Assembly (NCBI GenBank): GCA_951406725.2
Contig: OX597816.1
Coordinates: 136,710,001 to 136,774,000, forward strand
Source of the DNA: Octopus vulgaris
Taxonomy: Eukaryota
Length of the DNA: 64,000 nucleotides
Reading direction: 5' to 3'
Numbering within the stretch: position 1 is the stretch's first letter; each line of letters begins with the position of its first letter. Shown piece by piece: positions 53,626 to 64,000 of this stretch. Under the pieces are notes generated by a model. The model was given only the letters and a program-made list of their open reading frames with translations, ran no database searches and had not been told where the DNA came from. Made by a program: the position numbers and the translations under genes.

Positions 53626-55213
53626 TATAGGTTATAAAATTTTATTGAAGTTGAAATTTTGTAGATTGTGACTATTGGCTTCACTTTTTATTGATTCTTA
53701 TCCGATCTAATATTTACAGTATAACCTACAGAAATCATTCAATAAGCTCGTTGACAATACATAACTATTTGATGTCGACAGAAAAATCATTCTTTATTCT
53801 ACCCTTTGTTCGCTTGTCCTTTTGAAATAACGATATCAAAAAAGTAACGTTTTTTTTTTGTATTCATGTTAACTGAAGAAGTTTTTATTTTTGATTTTAG
53901 AATGTGGGTGGCTGTGTCACATGACTGTAAGGTTTTCAATCATAGGCAACTGAAACTATTTGAAAAATATCTTAATTTGTAATGACGAAAAATTATCAAG
54001 TTCGAGCATTTCATGATAGATGAAGTGACAAGGGTCTAGTAAATGTGTGTGTGTGTGTGTGTGTGTGTATCTATAATACATTAAAAGTGAGCTTGAATCT
54101 TGCTTGCTTGCTTGCAATGTTACCCAGCCAAACTGCCGCATAATGGGAAAATACTATGAATTAATTTTCCCTGAAATGTGAATACGAACGGAATAAAATA
54201 GGTTTTGCGTAAATCGGACAAGTAGTTATAAAGATAGTTTTGGGGGTATAAATACCCAAAACGATGCATAATGGGAAAATATTTCGAAAATGATTTAACC
54301 CTGAAAGGGAAGAAACTCTTACCTTTCGATTAGACAGAGTGACTTGACAACGAAAAAATATGATTTGCTTATTACAGTAAATATTTCTATATTTCTATTT
54401 CAAAAATGTTAGTTCTTTGCACAGTAAGTATTTATATTTTAGCTTTCTTTAAACAGAAAATATTTTAATATTTTAAAAAAATTATTTTCAAGTGAATACC
54501 ATTACAAAATCTTTTTGGCATATTCAAAAAATATTTAAAAGTGAAAATGACTTTAAAAATACGGTAAATATTTCGTAAAAAACAATTATGTATTTACAGG
54601 AAGTAAATTTTAACTTCCTGCAAATACATATATGTATGTAAGTATATATATATATATCACTTTCTCTCTTCTTTTCACTTCACTGTGTCATTTTTTCTCG
54701 CCCCTCCTTAATTCTTCTGTCCCTCTGTCTCTACCTCACTCTTTTCTCCCTCCACGTAACCGGTGTTCAGCCAAGCCTGATCTTTCTTTCTTGGTTCGGC
54801 CGTTGTCCGTGCAACATCTATATTCCACCATGTGCCTGTCAAAACTGGTATCCCTGCCATGAGGCTTTATTTCCACACACGCCAGTTTAATTCAATTCGT
54901 CCTCAGTCGAATGACACCTGTTGTTATGTCCTGTTATTTGTATTTGTGTAACATTCTCCGTTTTTTCCCCCCGTCCTTGTTTTCGTATACATACGCTGCT
55001 TTTTTCCAAGGAATCTAATGCTCTTAGCCTAGTTTTTCCTTGGGGCTGGCCAGATTGGAGCAATCACGTGTATAACTAACCGAAATTGCAAAGATAATCA
55101 GGAACTCGACTAAGCAAAGAAAACGCCGAATGACCCGTCCTTGTTTTCTTTGTATCGTCTATCTAAATGTTTTGCGTTCTTGTCCCATTTTGTATTATAT
55201 ATGTGTGTGTGCG

Positions 55214-55701
55214 TGAGTAAAGTAGCTAGTTTTAACATTTCTGAATGAGATCTAAGTAGTATCTATACTGTATAGTAAAATGTATTTGCCAACGTAAAGT
55301 GGCAGTCCTGCGTAGGACGTTACTACCTTTTAACCCCATGAAAACATATTTTCCAGATGGTTATCGGCATACAATCTGTGTCTGAAATATACTGTGAGCA
55401 AAGGAGCGTACAAATTCCTCCTAGCCACTAACAGTATCAACAGACCAGGACGGGAAATTACCATTGGCCTGTTGGTACTGCTAGTGGCTTGGAGGGAGTA
55501 GTACGTTCCCTTGCTCACAGTATATTTCAGACACAGATTGTGTGTCGATAACCAGCCGGAAAAAATGTTTTCCTGGAGTCAAAAGATAGTAACAATGGTC
55601 CTACGCAGGACTGTCACCTTAAGTTGGCAAATGAATTTTACTGTGTAGTATAATTACTAGTTAGATCTCATTCAGAGATTTAAAACTAGGTGTTTTACTC
55701 A
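55214..55701. mobile_element. Foldback element with ~230-bp diverged arms; extra copy of the right arm at 55911-56092
   Basis: Arm pairs such as ctgaatgagatct/agatctcattcag, cagtcctgcgtagga/tcctacgcaggactg and aatctgtgtctgaaatatactgtgagcaa/ttgctcacagtatatttcagacacagatt. Confidence 0.75.
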
Positions 55702-55736
55702 TTACGAGATCAGTGATTGTCTGTCACTTCTACATT

Positions 55737-55843
<107 letters not shown>

Positions 55844-56088
55844 AGGGTCGAATAAACTGCTGTTTCTGGCCGGCGTTGTCCAGCACCGAGGACAGAAAAT
55901 TACTCAGAAACCATTGGTCTGTTGGTACTACTAGTGGCTAGGATGGAGTAGTGCGATCCCTTACTCACAGTATATTTCAGAAACAGATTGCGTGTTGATA
56001 ACCACCTTGTAAAGATGTTTTCCTGTGGATAAAAGGTAGTAACACGGTCCTACACAGGACTGCCATCTTACGTTGGCAAATAGATTTT

Positions 56089-56118
<30 letters not shown>

Positions 56119-56126
<8 letters not shown>

Positions 56127-56267
56127 CCCATATAATACAGTAAATGAATTGATTGCATCGCAATCCTTAACATTTATGTATTAACTTTGTTGGGTACTTC
56201 ACTAGCTGTATATTGGATATATGTTATCCCATGGAGGGTTGCATTTACAACCCCTATCTCAATTTGT
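56119..56267 (-). repeat. ~150-bp near-identical inverted copy of 46444-46592
   Basis: Reverse complement of acaaattgagataggggttg...tatgggcaaaggta. Both copies abut (TA)n. Confidence 0.85.
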
Positions 56268-56307
56268 ATATATATATATATATATATATATATGAAGACA
56301 CCATGGT

Positions 56308-57130
56308 GGAATTCTTCTTTACACACGGCATATAACATCTCATACCTTTTTATTTTGGGGAATTTTGAGAAAGTTTTTGCGAATTTATGTTCTACATACG
56401 AGAAATCATTTGATTATGCAACCCCAAAAAAAAGAAAAGTTTTTGGTATGTGATTTAAGGAATAGTTAGTTACTCTTTTTACTCTTTTACTTGTTTCAGT
56501 CATTTGACTACGGCCATGCTGGAGCACCGCCTTTAGTCGAGCAAATCGACCCCGGGACTTATTCTTTGTAAGCCCAGTACTTATTCTATCGGTCTCTTTT
56601 GCCGAACCGCTAAGTGACGGGGGACGTAAACACACCAGCATCGGTTGTCAAGCGATGTTGGGGGAGACAAACACAAACACACACATATATATACATATAT
56701 ACGACGGGATTCTTTCAGTTTCCATCTACCAAATCCACTCACAAGGCTTTGGTCGGCCCGAGGCTATAGCAGAAGACAGTTGCCCAAGATGCCACGCAGT
56801 GGGACTGAACCCGGAACCATGTGGTTGGTTTGCAAGCTACTTACTACATAGCCACTCCTGCGCCTATAGCCACTCCTGCGCCTATGGTTTACTCTTAGAA
56901 CATCTAATGATGTTTAAGCAGAAAATTCCGACCGCCCGTATTTTAAACTCGGATTTTAAAAAAAATTTCGAAGAATAAATTTTTTTAATTCGAAAAATTA
57001 AAAAAGAAATTTTCTTTTTTTCATAGTCGTATAAATTCCCGCGTGTAGAACACAAATATGCAGAAAATTTCTGAAAATTCCAAAACAAAAAAAGTAATGA
57101 GGGATTATATGGCGTGCTTAAAACAAAATT
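56308..57130. mobile_element. MITE with ~110-bp diverged TIRs, interrupted by a SINE; second copy at 59284-59779
   Basis: Left arm ...gcatataac..ctcatac...tttttgcgaattt.tgttctac, right arm gtagaacacaaat...atgaggg.ttatatggcgtgcttaaa. The same arms bound the 59284 copy. Confidence 0.65.
56470..56885 (-). mobile_element. Full-length CORE-like SINE (reverse) with an 18-bp duplicated 5' end
   Basis: Matches the 15436 and 26161 copies. atagccactcctgcgcct occurs twice at the head. Confidence 0.9.
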
Positions 57131-57506
57131 GCGTCGATACTATGAGGGAGAAGATCAGAGATTGTGAGACTGAGCGTGTTTAGCGAGTATACGGCCTAGT
57201 TATATAGTGTTTGTGTTAAAGCTGTGAGTTGTGAGATTATCAGCACGCAGCATGTGGATGACGTTAATGTGCGGAAGTTTAAGGAGTGGAAGAGGATGCG
57301 TAACATGTTTGTGTTGTTTCCAAAAATAGTAAGTAGGTCATTGATGTATGATAGAGTGTTTACCTGAGAAGGGTGAAGGAAAGTAGATAGATCACAATTA
57401 ATAATCGGAGAGAAAGAACCCCTTAAATCGACAAACGGTCTCCATTAAACGGGCTGCTTAGCTTAGTATGTTTTCGTGCTAGGAAATATTATTATCGAGA
57501 TAATTG

Positions 57507-57950
57507 GGATCTTTTCGGTTTGAACGGCAGTTTTTTAAAAATAATTTCCACGTAACTAAACACTTTTAAACTTTGTATACTGGTAGAATGTGTTTATAAA
57601 ACATCCTTTTCTCTTGGCTTTATTGTGAAAATTCTATAGTTTGTAAGATATTTGTAGTTTTTTCCCTTCAATTTCTGCAATTTCAACCAATCAATGACGT
57701 CTATTGAGTTGAAAACATTCTGTGCCGTATGAATATGTCCCTCGTTTAAGAAACAGATTGGGTTCATTTACATTTGTGAAGAAAAAAAGATACCCTTCCC
57801 CCACTCCTAACCCTAACAGTAAACCTAACTAACCCTAACCCTAACCCTAAAACAGATTGAAATGCAATAGATCGATACTAGGGTCATAATTATGGGTAAC
57901 AATTTCATATGACACCGCTAGAAAAACTGCCGTTCAAACCGAAAAGATCC
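57507..57950. mobile_element. MITE of the 29494 family in reverse orientation, perfect 8-bp TSD, CCCTAA core
   Basis: TIR GGATCTTTTCGGTTTGAACGGCAGTTTTT, TSD GATAATTG (57499-57506, 57951-57958), and (ccctaa)n at about 57806-57850. Confidence 0.92.
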
Positions 57951-59283
57951 GATAATTGAATGTCAAAAGTTTTATTTCAATTTTAGTGATTCGTGGACTA
58001 GGGTTGAACGATATGCTTATATTTTATTAACAAAGTGTTGTGCAGATTTGGAAATTGTTATCATCAAATAAATGAATCGTACGTTCAATTCTCATTGAGC
58101 TGTCATTTTTGTTCACTTCTACGTTAATCTTTTATGTCTGAAAACTTTAAGCGAATTAAGACGGGAGAAATCTACGGAGTTACACGATTTGTTAGCAGAG
58201 AAATTTCCCTAAAATTATATCTTGCCTTCTTAAGAAGTAAAAAAAAAAGAAGAGTTTTCTCTCTTAGAAATTGCAGACAAAATTCCCTAAAAATATCATT
58301 TGGCATCCTAAGAAAAAAGAACGAGACTTTGAACAATGAAGTCCCAGATATGCAAAAATAAAGGATTATCACGACGCTTAAAATTCAAAACCCTGATATC
58401 TAAGTAACGAGAAATAGGCCATGGCATATCAGGTGACTTGCCTTGAATTTTGACCAGTCATATTTCAGCGGCAACGCGTATCGATGTGATTTAAACGGAA
58501 ATTTTCCCGCCATTTCCCGCCAAAATAATTTTTAAAATGTAGACGTGCAGGACAACCAGCGCAAAGGGTTGAAAGAAGGCAGATGTTCCAGACAACCATC
58601 GCAGATTTTCCAATAAAGCAGACGATTTTTGGTTAACCATGACCTCGGGTTAAAAAGAATCACTTCATCTACAATAATGGTTCACCACATGACTCCCAAA
58701 GTTTCTATAAGATGTTTTGAGGTCACATAAGCAAAATAGTAAATTAGGGACCCACACAGTAGTATATTAAGGGGTTCATGAGAAAATTTTTATTTAAATG
58801 TATTTATTACTAGAAACAGCTAGGTTTCTTTCTCTAGCATTTTGCAGTGTTCAAGCTACACAAGTGAATGTGTGAAAACAATAGGAATTTCGAAAGAAAT
58901 ATCTATAAAGCTTGTTTTTACACATCGAATGGTTATAGGGGTTTACCAGAGTAAAATGGTAATCAAAGGGATCCATAGGTTAAAAAAAAATTATTGAGAA
59001 CCGCTGATCTACAACGAACACAGAACTTTCCCACCTCTCGCCAACACGAAGATCTAACAATCTCACCTCTTGCCAAATAACCGTATATACGAGATTCACT
59101 CCTGGCATTCTGCTTGGAAATTAATCTCTGTTGTGTCTTTATGATAATAAATGTAATTTGTTGGAAACTTTATACGGTGATATGGTTTTTATATGGGAAC
59201 AACACTCAGCCGAGCAAAATATTAATCATTCATTTAACCAAAACCAGAGAATGATCATGACTGAACACCTTTAACTACACGAC

Positions 59284-59779
59284 GAAATTCTGGTTTAAGC
59301 ACTCTATTAACCCTTCATAACTTTTTTGAAATTTCCAGAAAATTTTTGCGAATTTGTGTTCTAGCCACGGGAATTCATACGATTATAAAAAAAGATAAAA
59401 CAACTTTCTTGATTGTGTGTGTATGATTTAAAGGTGATTTAGATGTGGTTTTTAACACAACTCACGACCACCTGATACCTTCCTCGTTTCATTGTCACCC
59501 TGACATGTATTGATGTTTTTCAATATTTTTCTTCCCATAAACACATTTTATGGAATGATGATGCAACCAAGGGTACTCCATTGCTGGGATTTAAGGATAA
59601 AATTCGAACTGTCCGTACTTTTAAACACTGATTTTAAAAACACAAAATCGAAAAAGAATGGAACTTTCGGGATTTATAAGGATTTTGTTTTTCGTAATCG
59701 TGTGTAGATTCGCAAAAAATTTCTAAAAATTCTCCAAAAAGTTATGAGGGGTTATATGGCGTGCTTAAACCAGAATTCT
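59284..59779. mobile_element. MITE (family of 56308-57130)
   Basis: Ends aattctggtttaagcac / gtgcttaaaccagaatt and inner pair aatttttgcgaat / attcgcaaaaaatt. Confidence 0.7.
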
Positions 59780-60966
59780 GCCAATCACACGCCTGCCAAC
59801 TTTGTTTAGCTCTCACTAAAGAGATATATGATATAAGAACATTGTTATTTAGATTATATATTGGATATTCCCATGGAATGGACGTCGAAAATTAGCTAAT
59901 GAGCCAAAAATTGGGATTTGCAGCATGGACTGCTGAGCATATTTTATGAAAATGAGACTACTATGCACACATAAAAATTTAAAAAATAGTTAAAATATCT
60001 TCATAGTATATAATTGTGGCAAGTTTTACATTGTCTGAAAAGTCATTAGTTGAACTATTAGTCCTCTTGCATTGTGGTGGGTATCGGAGCCTTTTGAGCG
60101 ACATTAGACCCCAACAAATGCCCATAAATCTATCTGGGCCACGATTGTGGCCCGTCGCGCTTTATGTGTTAATAACCGTAGATTATAATTCTGGCAACAA
60201 AAAAAAAAAATGAAAGAAAGAAAAATAAAAAAAGCTGTTATCCCACTCACCGCTTTTTTTTTTTTTTTTTTAAATTCGTAATTTTCGATGTTTAAAACAT
60301 GCATTTCCAAAATATAACAGTTTTTGGCGCCCCACATAATATAGGAATAACATATATTGTATCAAAGCTGAGTTTGGATTACTTTTAGAATAATTTGAAT
60401 GAAATTAGTGTTCTTCGAGTGAGAATGTCTTTAAGTGCAGTGTCGGAGTGATGAAGAAACGTTTCGAGATCGAATCTCTATCTCAGACTAACAGCATTTC
60501 AAGTCGAAAGACAGATGAAAGTCATAAATAACAAACAGAAGTTACATTTGTGTAGAGATTAAAATAGAATTTTCAGAGTAGATGCAGACATGGCAGTGTA
60601 GTAAGAAGTTTGCTTCCCAACCACATGGTTCCAGGTTCAGTCCCACATACGTATACATATGTACATACACCTCCTTGACTTACGACCTCTGCGAATTACG
60701 ACCATCCACACTTAAAGCCACAAAGATAAATATAAAATCGCTTTTTGGCTGTTGGGTAGCTGCGCGTAAAGATAACTATCGCAGCATGTGGGAACGTATA
60801 CCTCCCTCAGACCCAGGCATCCACTGCCTGTCACTGTTTTTCACTCAGTCGCTTCCAAGCATCAGTTCCATGAATGAAAATAGTGTTGAAAAATGTAAAT
60901 CCAACATACGACCAGATCGAATTACGACCTGTCATTCGGAACGGAACTCGATCGTAATTTGAGGAG

Positions 60967-61010
<44 letters not shown>

Positions 61011-61066
61011 AGGGCAGGTCGTTCGGCAAAAGTTGAACACGCATATGTCGTCCTCGACAGGAGAGT

Positions 61067-61113
<47 letters not shown>

Positions 61114-61198
61114 GCATGTGTGTGTCAAAGAGGACAATAAACGCGAGGCATAACACTCATCTCAAGTCATATACATTATTATTCTTAAATTAGTTGAG

Positions 61199-61274
61199 GT
61201 CTTACAGCTGTTTCTGAGATATACCAAGTGATAGGCGAGTATGCCTGAATATGAGGTATTCTATCATCAGAGAC
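61199..61274 (-). ncRNA. Type I hammerhead ribozyme with intact core and palindromic stem III
   Basis: Minus strand gtct-CTGATGA-tagaatacc..aggc atactc gcct..ggtatatctca-GAAA-cagctg-TA-agac. Confidence 0.75.
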
Positions 61275-61658
61275 AAATAGAGAAAATATGAAGGGTCTAA
61301 ACATGGAAATAATCAGATAAGCGATCTAGATATGGGAAATTCTCAGATAATAATCAACGATTTAGAAGAGTGGAGAGTTAGGAAATAAAGTTCAAAGTTC
61401 ATTTTTCCGAGGGTACGGGTTGTAGTCTGTATGACCTTAGATAAAATCCAAGGTAAATCCAGGCAGCATTATAGCAAAGTATGATTAGTGTTTTCACAGC
61501 ATAAATAGTCAGACAGTATTTTGGCAGAAATACCCAGCGTACCTATTCGTTTAGATCACCAGTGAACTAAACCTCCTTATTGTGTGTGTGTGTGTGTGTG
61601 TGTATACACCGTCTAAGAATCCATAAGTCAGGAAAAAATACACTCGTATATCTGTCTG

Positions 61659-61696
<38 letters not shown>

Positions 61697-62384
61697 TGTA
61701 ACAGTTGATGTTTGTAGCGGTAGAGGTTGATTTTGTGACGGTTGAAGTTGGATTTGTAAACGATAATATAGAAAGTCGGTAGTCGATACACAGTAGGATG
61801 GAATGTCGGAGTCGTAATCAGTGTGTAAGGATTGGTTCTTTGTTGATAGCCATTATGTAAAGATGAAAGAACAGTGATTGAAGTGATGAAAGAAATATTT
61901 ATTTACCGTTACATTGAATAAAATACCTTGCGTCGACAGGCAAGTGATAAAATCGTAAATATAGATGTCGTAGATTTTTCTTGTATACTTTGTGTACACA
62001 TTATCTTAGCAGTAATCCACAGAAAGAGATAGAGTGATGTTGTGAGCTAGTGAGAGAGTGAGGGACGAAACAACTGCTTCGTTGGAGAGATACCATAGTT
62101 GTTCTAGCCGGTCAGCCAGACTCCGTTGTCCCTAACTGGGTTGTCACCAAAGTGATAACTGGTTGAATCGTCACCAAGTGACTAACTTATTTCTTTATTT
62201 GTCAATGAATGGACACACAGAGAGGGGACAATACAAGACAATACAAAACATTTAGGTTTGGGAGTTATGACTTAATGGAACTCGGAATATGAAATCGGAA
62301 AAATGAAATCGAATGGTATAATGAAATCGAGAGTCGTATAAAAATTTCTGTGATTATAATTTCGGGTTCGTGTTCGACCCGCCG

Positions 62385-64000
62385 GTATTTTTTATTTTCC
62401 TTTTTTGTTTTTCTCTTTTTCCTTTTTCTACTTATTACTTTTCATTTCTGATTAGACCGGTTACACCAGCACGGCCCCATTCACTGTCAACTTCTTTACA
62501 ACATTCGTCCATCTTTTCACAAACGTATTTCGAAGCAGGCACCTCTTCTCCAGGCTAATCTTTTTAGATAGGTGGTAGATAAAAAGACCAATCAATCCAC
62601 GCCCGGGTATGAAGTTACCTGCCTCAATTCCTCTTCCACGCGTCATCCATACTGTTTCTTTCAATATGGCTACTACGCAGAAAAATGACGCCTCCTTTTC
62701 CTTGTTAAAGGAGGAAGGCGGCACAATCTTAATGATAGACTTAGTCGATAACCGTACACTTTTTGCATCCGACACCATTTGTTCGACATAGGTTATCAGT
62801 TGCCTTAATCCCTCACAATGTACGAAGGCGTGCGTGACAGTTTCACTGACTTGCTCGCACCTTGGACACGTGGGCGGGATACTGGCACCATGCCTTGACA
62901 ACCTCTCTCGAACTGGCGATGTCGATCGGTAGCACAACCAGGCCAGCGATTTCTGGAAGTTGTCCAAATACCCCGGCCCGAATATTCTTCCGAATAGGCT
63001 GACAAGCTGTTCTTCATCGAAGCATAGAGTCTCCCCCAGGAGGTCGTCGAACATATGCTCTACCAACCCGCTATAGAAATCCGCAGTGGTAACCCCGCTG
63101 CCGGTATTGCTCGCCCGGGAGAACAGAGGGAGTGCAGGAATCCGCTCCCTCTGCCATACACTCATTTTCGGTCTCCATGTGATCCATGCTCCTACGTCCC
63201 GCAGAGACGTCAAATGTGACAGGAAAAACTTGACATGCGGTGACCACACCCGTTCATCATCCAGGTAGAGCCAGAGGTATCTCAGCTTCAGCGCGTACAT
63301 ACGCATCATCAGCCAAGGCATCCCGAACCCACCTTTTAGCGGTTTCTAGCAACAGATGGAGCGCCTCACAAGTAGTGGTTTCCCCTCCCATAAAATGCGG
63401 AAAAGGATCCGTTCCAACTTGTTCATCCACAAACCGGGGCAAGGCACAACGGTTAGGCGGTAGGTTATCACAGATACTATAAACACCTGCGCAATCGCTC
63501 TCCCTAGCAAAGATAGCAACCTCCCAGACAAAGTTTGGGTTATGGTCGTCACCTTGCTCGTGACTTCACCCAAGTTTTTCTCCAACTGGAAGTCTGGACC
63601 AAATCAGACTCCAAGCAGTTTAACCGGGCCCTCCGTCCAACGTCCTACGACGCTGTTGGGAGGCCTCGACTTGCCCCTCTAAGTGCCGAGTTGCAAGCCG
63701 ACTAATTTTTCCCGGTTAAGTTTTGCTCCTGCCACCGCTTCGTATCTTTTGATGGCGTCTTCTACACAAGGTGGCTGCCCTTCATCAGACACGATGATGG
63801 CGACATTATCCGTTTATGCCGTCGCTATCCTACCGTAATAAAAATCACGCCCCCCCCCACCCGCGTGACCTCCACCCTCCGCAGCAGTGGCTCAAGAGTC
63901 AACATATACAGAAGTGGGGACAGGGGACAGCCATGGCGAACTGAACGTTCGATCGCGAACGGCTTCGAAAAGAAACCGTTCACCCGGACGATAGACTCAA
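62385..64000 (-). mobile_element. L1/Tx1-clade LINE 3' part (RT end plus zinc finger), decayed, running off the window
   Basis: Minus-strand peptides VRHGCPLSPLLY, a decayed YADD region, LSLLGRAI, ILWEGK, GGFGMP and CPRCEQVSETVTHAFVHC (62461-63321). A-rich 3' end near 62385-62430. Confidence 0.88.

Overview
AT-rich, microsatellite-dense animal non-genic or intronic DNA. The SINE families and microsatellite load suggest an octopus or related cephalopod (inference from recall, not a search). No host protein-coding exon could be supported. The window is a nested pile of mobile elements: a 5'-truncated CR1-group LINE (CCCH ORF1, APE-RT ORF2) inside a mariner, three further mariner remnants, a Tigger/pogo element, and an 8.2-kb Tc2/pogo-TIR element holding a SINE and a decayed autonomous Helitron that itself holds two MITEs. 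It also has non-autonomous Helitrons, a hAT transposase remnant, Penelope-like remnants, a Tx1/L1 remnant and three tRNA-type SINE families. Best leads: (1) two unrelated GG-terminated, 8-bp-TSD (Merlin-like) MITE families that both carry a telomeric TTAGGG core; (2) several type I hammerhead ribozyme folds, some with palindromic stem III and large stem II inserts; (3) a 0.4-kb RTE-derived element with a structured leader; (4) a covarying 3' stem-loop shared by the LINE and a SINE family; (5) a 134-bp satellite built from that SINE tail; (6) a possible -1 frameshift site between LINE ORF1 and ORF2. Coordinates were read by eye and may be off by a few bases.
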